Program-made: the position numbers and the translations under genes | Notes under the pieces: model-generated | What the model saw: the letters and a program-made list of their open reading frames with translations, nothing else | Told to the model about the DNA's origin: nothing | Database searches by the model: none | Shown here: piece by piece, positions 10,623-18,040 of the stretch | How the letters are laid out: each line of letters starts with the position of its first letter | How positions within the stretch are numbered: position 1 is the first letter of the stretch | Origin: Pseudomonadota bacterium | GTDB lineage: Bacteria; Pseudomonadota; Gammaproteobacteria; Burkholderiales; REEB80 | Length of the DNA: 64,000 bases | Assembly (NCBI GenBank): GCA_018971485.1 | Contig: JAGXAQ010000002.1 | Location: 171,706-235,705, forward strand | Direction of reading: 5' to 3'

Positions 10623-12167
10623 TTACTCCTTTGCCGCATTTAATAAATATAGCCAAGTATCACTCATCGTTTTATCATTCAAAACAAGATAGCAACGCAC
10701 ATCAGAAGGATGGCCAGAAACCGGGAGAATCGTAGCAGTTACTCGCCAGGAATGCTCAAAACGATCCCATTTAACTGATTGGTTCAAAATTTTCGCGCCC
10801 CTATCTACTCCTATTACAGCATGGACCCGGGCAGATGCTGACAGGTCTGACAGGCCAGGTCCAGCAAAATCAATCACTACCTGCCTTGATCCAGGTGCTT
10901 TTCCATCGCCTATGTAAGTAGCCACCGGATGACCGTTAGGGATAAGCCTTGGATTATCCAGAAAAAACCTGAGCCGATAGTTAAAATGATACGCTACACC
11001 CGGTGCTGGTTGGTGTTCGGGTATCCAAAAGGCGTCAATATTATCCAGATCTCGATTGTTTGTAGGCAATTCAACAAGCTGGATATGGCCCTTACCCCAT
11101 TTTCCTATGAAACTTACCCAAACACTGGGGCGTAATTGATATTTCGTCTGCAATCCCTCGTAAGAGGAAAAGTGGCGGTCCTGCTGAATCAGGCCAAACC
11201 CCTGAGGTTGATTCATGCCATAGGAAGTTATTTGCGTGTAAAGGGGATCGTTCAAGGGGCGGGTCACCCATTCCCCATTTCCATTTGCCATGACCAAATC
11301 GCTGGAATCATGCTGGGCAGGATGCCAATCTCCTGCCCTGACCCCTCGACCCCTTCCATGCCAGAACATGCTCGTTAAGGGTGCAATCTCAAGCTTCTGA
11401 ACAGGCTTTCTCATATAAATAACAGCCTTGACGCCCACCGTGACTGCTTTGCCTGGGTGAATGGTAAAACAATAGGCCCCAGTCGCAACCTTGCTGTCCA
11501 GAAGAGCATATACCACCATTTTTCTTGAACCATGATGGGGCTTTACAAGCCAGAACTCCCTAAAGTATGGAAAGATCTCACCGGACGGCAAAGCGGTATC
11601 AATACCCAAGCCACGGGCTGACGTACCATAAATCTGCCCAGTACCTACTGCCCTGAAATAACTCGCGCCCAAGAAAGAAATAAACTCATTTCTATGAGGG
11701 GGGGTATTAAGTGGGTACAAAAGCCGGAAACCGGCATAACCCATGTTCGATGGTAACTTATCCCCAATTCGAAGATCGCCAAAAGTGAAGCGGCGGGGTG
11801 AGAACGGGATAGGCTGAACCTGGCCATTAACAACACTATGAATCAAGACTGGGCGTTTAAAATAAGAACCAGGCAAATAAAACTGGGCATCAAATAACAA
11901 ATGTTCCTGATGCCATAAAGGATCCACATCCTGGATCATGGCATATTGAGACGGGGTCAGTTTCCTCAGCAGGCCTGGCACAGGGAAAGGTTTATTGTGA
12001 TAGGGCAAGCCAAGCAACTTTCTGGCTTTGGCCTGAACCTGAGCAAAGCCGAAAACGGTTGCAAATACTGGAGGAACTTGCCCTATGCCCAAAACGAAAA
12101 TACAACATGCAAGAAATAACCGTCTTCGAAACTGGCTTCTCAATACAATTAAGTTTTTTTGATCCAT
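10623..12167 (-). CDS. periplasmic glucan biosynthesis protein, OpgG/OpgD family
   Basis: 514 aa of the MdoG family (GASYFRA, FREFWL motifs). The N-terminal signal contains FRRRLFL, which is Tat-like and so OpgD-like. Confidence 0.85.
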   Translation of the reverse strand: MDQKNLIVLRSQFRRRLFLACCIFVLGIGQVPPVFATVFGFAQVQAKARKLLGLPYHNKPFPVPGLLRKLTPSQYAMIQDVDPLWHQEHLLFDAQFYLPGSYFKRPVLIHSVVNGQVQPIPFSPRRFTFGDLRIGDKLPSNMGYAGFRLLYPLNTPPHRNEFISFLGASYFRAVGTGQIYGTSARGLGIDTALPSGEIFPYFREFWLVKPHHGSRKMVVYALLDSKVATGAYCFTIHPGKAVTVGVKAVIYMRKPVQKLEIAPLTSMFWHGRGRGVRAGDWHPAQHDSSDLVMANGNGEWVTRPLNDPLYTQITSYGMNQPQGFGLIQQDRHFSSYEGLQTKYQLRPSVWVSFIGKWGKGHIQLVELPTNNRDLDNIDAFWIPEHQPAPGVAYHFNYRLRFFLDNPRLIPNGHPVATYIGDGKAPGSRQVVIDFAGPGLSDLSASARVHAVIGVDRGAKILNQSVKWDRFEHSWRVTATILPVSGHPSDVRCYLVLNDKTMSDTWLYLLNAAKE

Positions 12168-12605
12168 TACCGAGTTAGAGCAATAACCTAAATAAAGATT
12201 ACTTCAAGCCCTGTCCGTTTCTATTTAAAACGCTGGCCATGTTAACAATTTTATTCAATGACGTATACGCATCTACGCCCTATAACGCCACAACTTAAAC
12301 AGGAAGGAAACAACTCGATACATGTCAACTGCTGAAGCCAGTTAACTGGTTTAGACATAACAGGATCAGGCCAGACATCTTGATTATCTCTAAAACAGAC
12401 GTTACTAAACAGTTCCTTATCCCTCCTGGAACCCATCTCCCTTACCCACCAGCCTTATTGGATCTTCTTTAAACTAATCCAGTTGAATATAGAAGAAATT
12501 ATCTGTAAATTAAGCCCTAAATAAATTAAACAGATCTGGGCCAGCTTGTTTCCTAACCTTGCCCAAAAAGCAATATGAATCCATTTTTTCACATAAGTAG
12601 AAATC

Positions 12606-13202
12606 ATGCCCAATTCCAGCACACGTCCCATGCTTAACCCGGAAAACTGGCTGGATACATATGGAAACAAGCTATTTCGCTACGCTTTGGGCCACCTTCA
12701 GAATGAAGCCATGGCTGAAGACTGTCTTCAGGATACTCTTCTTGCAGCGCTTGAAAGTATGGGATCATTTCATGGCCAGTCCTCAGAATTAACCTGGCTC
12801 ACCGGGATTCTCAAGCATAAGATAATTGATCTGTATCGGAAGAAACACCATATCACCTATGAAAGCGATCTCACATCAAATGAGGATGAAGATCACACTG
12901 GTGATTTCTTTGATAGTACTGGCCACTGGATTGAAACTCCAACTGATTGGGGAAACCCGCAAAAACTTCTGGAAGAAAAGGCCTTTAAACAGACATTCGA
13001 AACCTGTTTAAAAAATATGCCTGCCGCCTTGGCGCTTATATTCAGCTGCAGAGAATCTTTGGAAATGAATACACAGGAAATCTGCAGGGCATTGGAAATT
13101 ACTGCAGCTAACAGCCGAATCATGCTCTATCGGGCAAGGTTACTTCTTCAAGGTTGCATTCAAACAAAATGGGGCAACCCCCAGGAGGAAAAACTTTCAT
13201 GA
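12606..13202 (+). CDS. ECF-type RNA polymerase sigma-70 family factor
   Basis: 198 aa. Region 2 is FRYALGHLQNEAMAEDCLQDTLLAA. Region 4 HTH is EICRALEITAANSRIMLYRARLLLQ. Confidence 0.85.
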   Translation: MPNSSTRPMLNPENWLDTYGNKLFRYALGHLQNEAMAEDCLQDTLLAALESMGSFHGQSSELTWLTGILKHKIIDLYRKKHHITYESDLTSNEDEDHTGDFFDSTGHWIETPTDWGNPQKLLEEKAFKQTFETCLKNMPAALALIFSCRESLEMNTQEICRALEITAANSRIMLYRARLLLQGCIQTKWGNPQEEKLS

Positions 13203-13453
13203 TGGACTGCCACAAAGCCACACGGCTCATTTCACGTTCTCGCGAAATCAGGTTATCCCTTCTCAAACGCTTTAGCCTATTGCTACACCTGAAAACCTGT
13301 GATCCCTGTAGTCATTTTCTTCGGCATCTTGCCCTGTTTTCACGCGCAGCCAAAGCTACTACCCCTTCTGACAAGAACCTGGATGAAGCTACGAAATCCC
13401 GCATTCTTTCAAACCTAAGTCAACATACCCCCACTCCACGCACGCCCTCTTAA
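13199..13453 (+). CDS. zinc-finger (zf-HC2 / ZAS) anti-sigma factor, short and without a TM segment
   Basis: The ATG at 13199 overlaps the sigma stop (ATGA). The HLKTCDPC motif equals HxxxCxxC, with an extra Cys at residue 4. 84 aa with no hydrophobic span. Confidence 0.65.
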   Translation: MMDCHKATRLISRSREIRLSLLKRFSLLLHLKTCDPCSHFLRHLALFSRAAKATTPSDKNLDEATKSRILSNLSQHTPTPRTPS

Positions 13454-13469
13454 AGAATCTTATTTTTTT

Positions 13470-13497
13470 TGTAACAGATCTTGATTCTGTCCGACTA
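13470..13497 (+). promoter_or_regulatory. candidate ECF-type promoter upstream of the DUF2282 gene
   Basis: TGTAACA at 13470-13476 and CCGACTA at 13491-13497. The AAC-N16-CGAC spacing resembles the ECF consensus GAAC-N16/17-CGTC. About 70 nt upstream of the start codon. Confidence 0.3.
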
Positions 13498-13568
13498 ATG
13501 CTCAGATCGGTCAACGATCACCTCCCCCGGTCTTAAGCCGGTTTCATGACTTGAAAAAAGGAAATAAA

Positions 13569-13838
13569 ATGAAAAAAGAATTTGCCATCCAATCTGCCAT
13601 TGCGGGGCTAGTCGCACTTGGCGCAATTGCTGCCACATCTCCCGCATTTGCGGCAAGTGCCCCCGTCGAAAAATGTTTCGGCATCAATGCACCTCATATG
13701 AATGATTGTGCTGTCGCAAACAGTAGCCACTCCTGTGCCGGACAGGCAACAAAAGCTGACGAAAAAGATGCTTTTGTGCTCGTTCCTCATGGAACATGCC
13801 ACAAAATTGAAGGTGGCAGTCTGACACCTACACTATAA
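13569..13838 (+). CDS. DUF2282 secreted Cys-containing peptide (BufA1-like RiPP precursor)
   Basis: The ATG at 13569 follows an AAGGA RBS. Sec signal is MKKEFAIQSAIAGLVALGAIAATSPAFA|AS. The mature part has 4 Cys (EKCFG, NDCA, HSCAG, GTCHK). The stop overlaps the next start (TAATG). Confidence 0.8.
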   Translation: MKKEFAIQSAIAGLVALGAIAATSPAFAASAPVEKCFGINAPHMNDCAVANSSHSCAGQATKADEKDAFVLVPHGTCHKIEGGSLTPTL

Positions 13839-14689
13839 TGCCAAGTGCCCATCGGGCCATGCCTATTCCGGTTGCGGCCGGAATAGGCTTAAGAAGCCCC
13901 CACTACCGCGATATAGCTACACTATCTCCTTCTATCCCATGGCTTGAGGTCCATGCAGAAAATTTCTTTGGGGACGGAGGTCCCGATATAGCCTGGCTGG
14001 ATCAAATCCGACAGTGTTATCCACTCAGCATCCATGGAGTGGGGTTATCACTAGGAACAGCCGGACAACTTGATATGCAACATCTCAAGGCATTAAATCA
14101 AGTTGTCAGTCATTTTAAACCCGCTCTTGTTTCAGAACACTTAAGTTTCAGCAGGACATCATTTGCTCATGCCAATGATCTGCTTCCCATGCCTTATACG
14201 CGAGAAGCGGTTGAAACCATTGCCACCCACATTATCGAAACCCAAACCGTACTCGGACAAAAGATACTGGTTGAAAATATTTCAAGTTACCTTGAATTTC
14301 CAGAATCCATCATGCCTGAATGGGCTTTTATTGGTGAGGTAGTCAATGCTGCAGATTGCTATCTTCTTCTGGATGTCAATAACCTTTACGTCAATAGTAT
14401 CAATCATGGTTTTGATGCTCTTACCTATCTGGGAGGACTTCCAACAAGCCAAGTCCGCGAAATCCATCTGGCTGGACATACAGTAACCCATCATGCCCTA
14501 ATTGATACCCATGACACTCAAGTCTGTGATGCGGTATGGGATCTTTACACCAAATCTCTCAAGCTAACCGGAAACCAACCCACCTTAATCGAATGGGACA
14601 GCAATATCCCTGAGCTTTCTGTTCTTCTATCTGAAGCTAAAAAGGCTCAGACCTGTCTGGAGCAAAATCATGCCATTATCCCTTGCTGA
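13838..14689 (+). CDS. DUF692 / MNIO (multinuclear non-heme iron oxidative) enzyme, MbnB/BufB-like
   Basis: 283 aa TIM-barrel DUF692 pattern: GIGLRSPHY, WLEVHAENF, SIHGVGLSLG, SEHLSF, LVENISSY, LLLDVNNLYVN, IHLAGH, LIEWD. Confidence 0.85.
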   Translation: MPSAHRAMPIPVAAGIGLRSPHYRDIATLSPSIPWLEVHAENFFGDGGPDIAWLDQIRQCYPLSIHGVGLSLGTAGQLDMQHLKALNQVVSHFKPALVSEHLSFSRTSFAHANDLLPMPYTREAVETIATHIIETQTVLGQKILVENISSYLEFPESIMPEWAFIGEVVNAADCYLLLDVNNLYVNSINHGFDALTYLGGLPTSQVREIHLAGHTVTHHALIDTHDTQVCDAVWDLYTKSLKLTGNQPTLIEWDSNIPELSVLLSEAKKAQTCLEQNHAIIPC

Positions 14690-15446
14690 CTGGCAAACCA
14701 CATTCATGAAAGAACTACAAGGGTCCCCTTCTGCTTTTTTCAAAAAGGCAGTGAACCCTAAAACTGTTCAGGCAAGAACGCTGATTTACCGGAACACTAT
14801 ATTTAACAACAAGCTTAATGCACTTAAAATCTCATTTCCAATCGTTCATGCGCTGATCGGAGACGCCTGTTTTCAGGGGCTGTCACATTCTTATATTGAA
14901 AACCATCCCTCCACTTCAGGGAACCTGAATTTTTATGGAAAAAATTTCCCTGAATTTATTAAAAATAATAATATTATCAATCAGGTAATCTATCTGGCAG
15001 ATATGGCCCGATTAGAGTGGCTTATTCATGAACTTCGATTTACAGCAGAAGACTCACCCAATAATTTAAGTCGATTAGAGTTTGTCCCCAGCCATGCACT
15101 TGAGTCATTACGCTTTCACTTTCAACCTTCAGTCAAAATGCTCCACTCCCCATTCCCGGTAAGCACCATCTGGAAAATGCATCAACCGAACTCAGATATA
15201 AAAACTGTCCACTTGAATGAAGGTGAGGACTGGATCCTGTTACGTCAACTTCAAGGAAAATACTTATTCTTATCTTTATCTCCCGATGCCTGGGTATGCA
15301 CTGAGGCTCTGTTTCGCTTTGAAACCATAGGCTCAGCCTTTAGCCTTGCCATTGAAAAAAACGAACAATTCGATCTTTCAGCCCATCTTACCACCCTAGC
15401 AACACTCAATCTTTTAACTGATTATGTTTTTAAGGAAAAACCATGA
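14670..15446 (+). CDS. DUF2063 protein (BufC-like MNIO partner)
   Basis: 258 aa with N-terminal LQ..F...L and the YRN motif (LIYRNTIFNN..ALKISFP) typical of DUF2063. Overlaps the MNIO gene by 20 nt. Confidence 0.8.
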   Translation: MPLSLADWQTTFMKELQGSPSAFFKKAVNPKTVQARTLIYRNTIFNNKLNALKISFPIVHALIGDACFQGLSHSYIENHPSTSGNLNFYGKNFPEFIKNNNIINQVIYLADMARLEWLIHELRFTAEDSPNNLSRLEFVPSHALESLRFHFQPSVKMLHSPFPVSTIWKMHQPNSDIKTVHLNEGEDWILLRQLQGKYLFLSLSPDAWVCTEALFRFETIGSAFSLAIEKNEQFDLSAHLTTLATLNLLTDYVFKEKP

Positions 15447-15895
15447 AAAACAGCTGCAAAGCCGTCATTAAACTAGCCAAAAATGGAATTGCCGGGCTGG
15501 ACTATTTAAGTCCAGTTATGGATCTGGCCGCCAGAATCTGGCTTGCCAATGTTTTTTTTCGGGCAGGATATGTCAAGATTTCAAGCTGGAGCAGTACACT
15601 TCAACTGTTTGATTACGTTTACCACGTCCCTTATCTCCCACCCCATGTCGCAGCCTATCTGGCAGCAGGCGTTGAACTAGGTGGCTCAGTTCTTCTTGCT
15701 CTTGGATTCGGGGCACGATTTGCTGCCATAGCCTTATCCATTCTCAATGCAACCGCTGTCATATCCTATTCTGGATTAGGAGCAGCTGGGCTTGAAGAGC
15801 ATTTTTTCTGGGGCTTATTACTTCTTATTTTTATTTTTCATGGGCCAGGTAAATTATCACCGGATTACCTCATTAGAAAAAAAATAACAGGCTGA
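15443..15895 (+). CDS. DoxX family membrane protein
   Basis: 150 aa with four hydrophobic helices and a DoxX-like LAARIWLANVFFRAGYVKI. ATGA overlap with the upstream gene. Confidence 0.8.
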   Translation: MKNSCKAVIKLAKNGIAGLDYLSPVMDLAARIWLANVFFRAGYVKISSWSSTLQLFDYVYHVPYLPPHVAAYLAAGVELGGSVLLALGFGARFAAIALSILNATAVISYSGLGAAGLEEHFFWGLLLLIFIFHGPGKLSPDYLIRKKITG

Positions 15896-16140
15896 CTCAA
15901 TGGATAACAGACCCCAGCCTTCGGGCCAAGGAACAGGGCCGTGCTAGAAACTTAAAATACAGTCGACTGTTGTTTCACGGCAAACAATCGAAATCGAAAA
16001 TGAATCGCCCCGTGTTTTGAAGGGGTTGATTGAAGTAAGTCATGCCGCTTGACCGGTCTGACGTCCGGGTTGCTGCTTATTAACTAAACCAGGCCATTGT
16101 GTTTCGTAGTGGCAGTCCATTCACTCATGTTGTTTTTTGC

Positions 16141-16425
16141 TTAGCATGCTTCAGCCAGGCGCTGAACTTCTTTTGGCGGATTCTGTTGCGCCTGCCATAA
16201 ATCGTATTGAGACTGCATGTTAATCCAGAATTCAGGGGTAGTGCCAAGTGCCATGGAAAGTCTTAACGCCATGGTGGCAGTGATATTGGCGCGGCCATTA
16301 AGTACTGCAGAAATGGCTTGACGGCTCACACCGAGAGCATCGGCTACCTGGCCTATGGTTAAGTTGGCGGGCAAGTACTCGCGCAAAACCTCGCCAGGGT
16401 GTGCGGGATTGAACATTGTGCCCAT
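16141..16425 (-). CDS. higA: HigA-family antitoxin (XRE HTH)
   Basis: 94 aa with HPGEVLREYL...GQVADALGVSRQAISAVLNGRANITATMALRL, the canonical HigA pattern. Lies downstream of the toxin. Confidence 0.8.
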   Translation of the reverse strand: MGTMFNPAHPGEVLREYLPANLTIGQVADALGVSRQAISAVLNGRANITATMALRLSMALGTTPEFWINMQSQYDLWQAQQNPPKEVQRLAEAC

Positions 16426-16470
16426 GATTTATCTCCTCTGACTAACCCTATCAGGGTTGGTTTTAGTAAT

Positions 16471-16749
16471 TTAATGATAGTCCTCATAATCAACCAGTAT
16501 GGCGTTCTCTCCTTCGAATCTGAAAGTTAGCCGCCAGTTGCCATTTACTGAAACTGCATAGACATCTTTCATGTCCCCTTTCAGGGGATGAAACTGCCAG
16601 CCGGAAGCATCCATGTCTTCTGGCTGGATTGCGGAATTAAGCGCTGTAAGTTGTATACGCACTCTTTTTTCATGGGAGGGCTGAATCCCGGCTTTGCTAC
16701 CTGATTCGAAAAACTCCTTAAGCCCCTTATGTTGAAAGCTTTTAATCAT
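16471..16749 (-). CDS. higB: HigB toxin (RelE/ParE superfamily, plasmid maintenance system killer type)
   Basis: 92 aa: MIKSF.HKGL..FF..G...GI........L..L......DM....FHPLKGD....YAVSVNGNWRLTFRFEG....VDYEDYH. Confidence 0.8.
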   Translation of the reverse strand: MIKSFQHKGLKEFFESGSKAGIQPSHEKRVRIQLTALNSAIQPEDMDASGWQFHPLKGDMKDVYAVSVNGNWRLTFRFEGENAILVDYEDYH

Positions 16750-16790
16750 TTTTACATGCTGTATCTCTGATGGATAAGTTGATTGTAAAG

Positions 16791-16809
16791 TGACAAGTTA
16801 CACTTGTCA
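16791..16809. promoter_or_regulatory. perfect 8-bp inverted repeat (TGACAAGT-TAC-ACTTGTCA), candidate HigA operator
   Basis: Read directly from the sequence. Lies 42 nt upstream of the higB start, in the divergent higB / HNH-like intergenic region. Confidence 0.4.
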
Positions 16810-16882
16810 AATGCAAGTATAAATTAATCATTCATTAAACATGAGCCGCTTCGGCGGGTATTTTTATATCTGGAGAAACAAG

Positions 16883-17320
16883 ATGACTCGCGTATCACAA
16901 ATCCACGAAGAAAAGGAAACACTGGTTGTGGACATCAATATCCCTGGTCATGAAGTCCGCACGACAACCAGGTTGTTCACGGAATCAAAGAAGATCCTGG
17001 TCAAACGGGTTGGTGGCCGCTGTTATGTCTGTGGCAGGACGACAGAAGATTCTGGCCACCCCTTGGAAGCCCATCATCATCCCATTGAACGCAGCCTTGC
17101 CAACATGATCGATTGGGATCTGTTCCGCAAGGATTGCGAGGCTGGGGTATGGGGCGAGCATGCCCAGGGTTTTGACTGGTCAAAGTTCGATCCGGCTGAT
17201 CCATACACTTTCGTTGCTGACATGACGGTCAACGGGGAATTACTCTGTAAGGAACATCATACAGGCAAGGATGAAGGCAAGCATAATCTGCCTTTTCCGC
17301 TCTGGATTGCACAGAAATAA
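16883..17320 (+). CDS. HNH-like (Cys/His-rich) phage-related protein
   Basis: CYVCG...EAHHHPIE...NG.LLCKEHH pattern. The ATG at 16883 follows a GGAG RBS. Family assignment is tentative. Confidence 0.4.
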   Translation: MTRVSQIHEEKETLVVDINIPGHEVRTTTRLFTESKKILVKRVGGRCYVCGRTTEDSGHPLEAHHHPIERSLANMIDWDLFRKDCEAGVWGEHAQGFDWSKFDPADPYTFVADMTVNGELLCKEHHTGKDEGKHNLPFPLWIAQK

Positions 17321-17358
17321 GGAAGGTTACCGTTTCACGGACAAGGAGGTTATCCATC

Positions 17359-17823
17359 ATGAAGCCGTCTGAGTTTATTTCCAGAATTTCCCCTGCAGCG
17401 CAGGACTCGATGCAAAGAACCAGGATTCCTGCGAGCTTTGTCATAGCAGAAGGGGCACTGGAATCCGGTTGGGGATCTTCACAGCTGACTGAAATGGGGC
17501 TCAACCTGTTCGGCGTGAAAGCCGACCCGTCATGGCATGGTCCGACCATCGAGATGCGTACACGGGAATACCTGCATGGTGAATGGCTCATGGTGCCAGC
17601 AAGATGGCGAAAATATTCTACATGGCTTGAATGCATTGACGATCACGCGCGGTTCTTGCTGAATAACCCGCGCTATGAGAAAGCGTTCACACATGCCAAT
17701 GATGCGGTTGCATTTACAAGAGCCATCGCGGCAGCTGGTTATGCAACCGATCCATCCTATGCCGGCAAAATCATCTCAATCATCCATGGCCATAACCTGA
17801 TCCAATTCGACAAGGTCGATTAA
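17359..17823 (+). CDS. glucosaminidase-domain peptidoglycan hydrolase (GH73 / FlgJ C-terminal type), phage lysin-like
   Basis: AEGALESGWG, NLFGVKA, TREY, NPRY and AGYATDPSYAGKI motifs. Confidence 0.75.
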   Translation: MKPSEFISRISPAAQDSMQRTRIPASFVIAEGALESGWGSSQLTEMGLNLFGVKADPSWHGPTIEMRTREYLHGEWLMVPARWRKYSTWLECIDDHARFLLNNPRYEKAFTHANDAVAFTRAIAAAGYATDPSYAGKIISIIHGHNLIQFDKVD

Positions 17824-18040
17824 ATCATGAACTGGAAAGGTAATCCTCCCACAAAAAGTTGGGATAGAAGTAGGATTTCCTTCCTCTCAAAAAAAATCAC
17901 GCTAACTGATAGTTAAATGATGATAAGTTAGATGAAGTCGACCGGATAATTTCAATAAATGAAACGCGTAAATTACTGCGCAAATCTTTTTTGAAGATTC
18001 ACCTGCAGAAGTTCTTTTAGAGCTTTTTAAATTCAATCCG

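Noticed and set aside
12251-12670. Two minus-strand ORFs (61 and 71 aa) in the opgD/G to sigma intergenic region.
   Set aside because: No RBS and no recognisable motifs, and the second overlaps the sigma gene start. More likely this is promoter/regulatory DNA.
17827-17850. Possible attR remnant: ACTGGAAAGG weakly resembles the tRNA-Thr 3' segment GCCGGAAAGA.
   Set aside because: Only about 7 of 10 positions match, with no extended identity. It would define an implausible element containing the integrase only. No convincing direct repeat of the tRNA 3' end was seen anywhere in 12-19 kb by eye.
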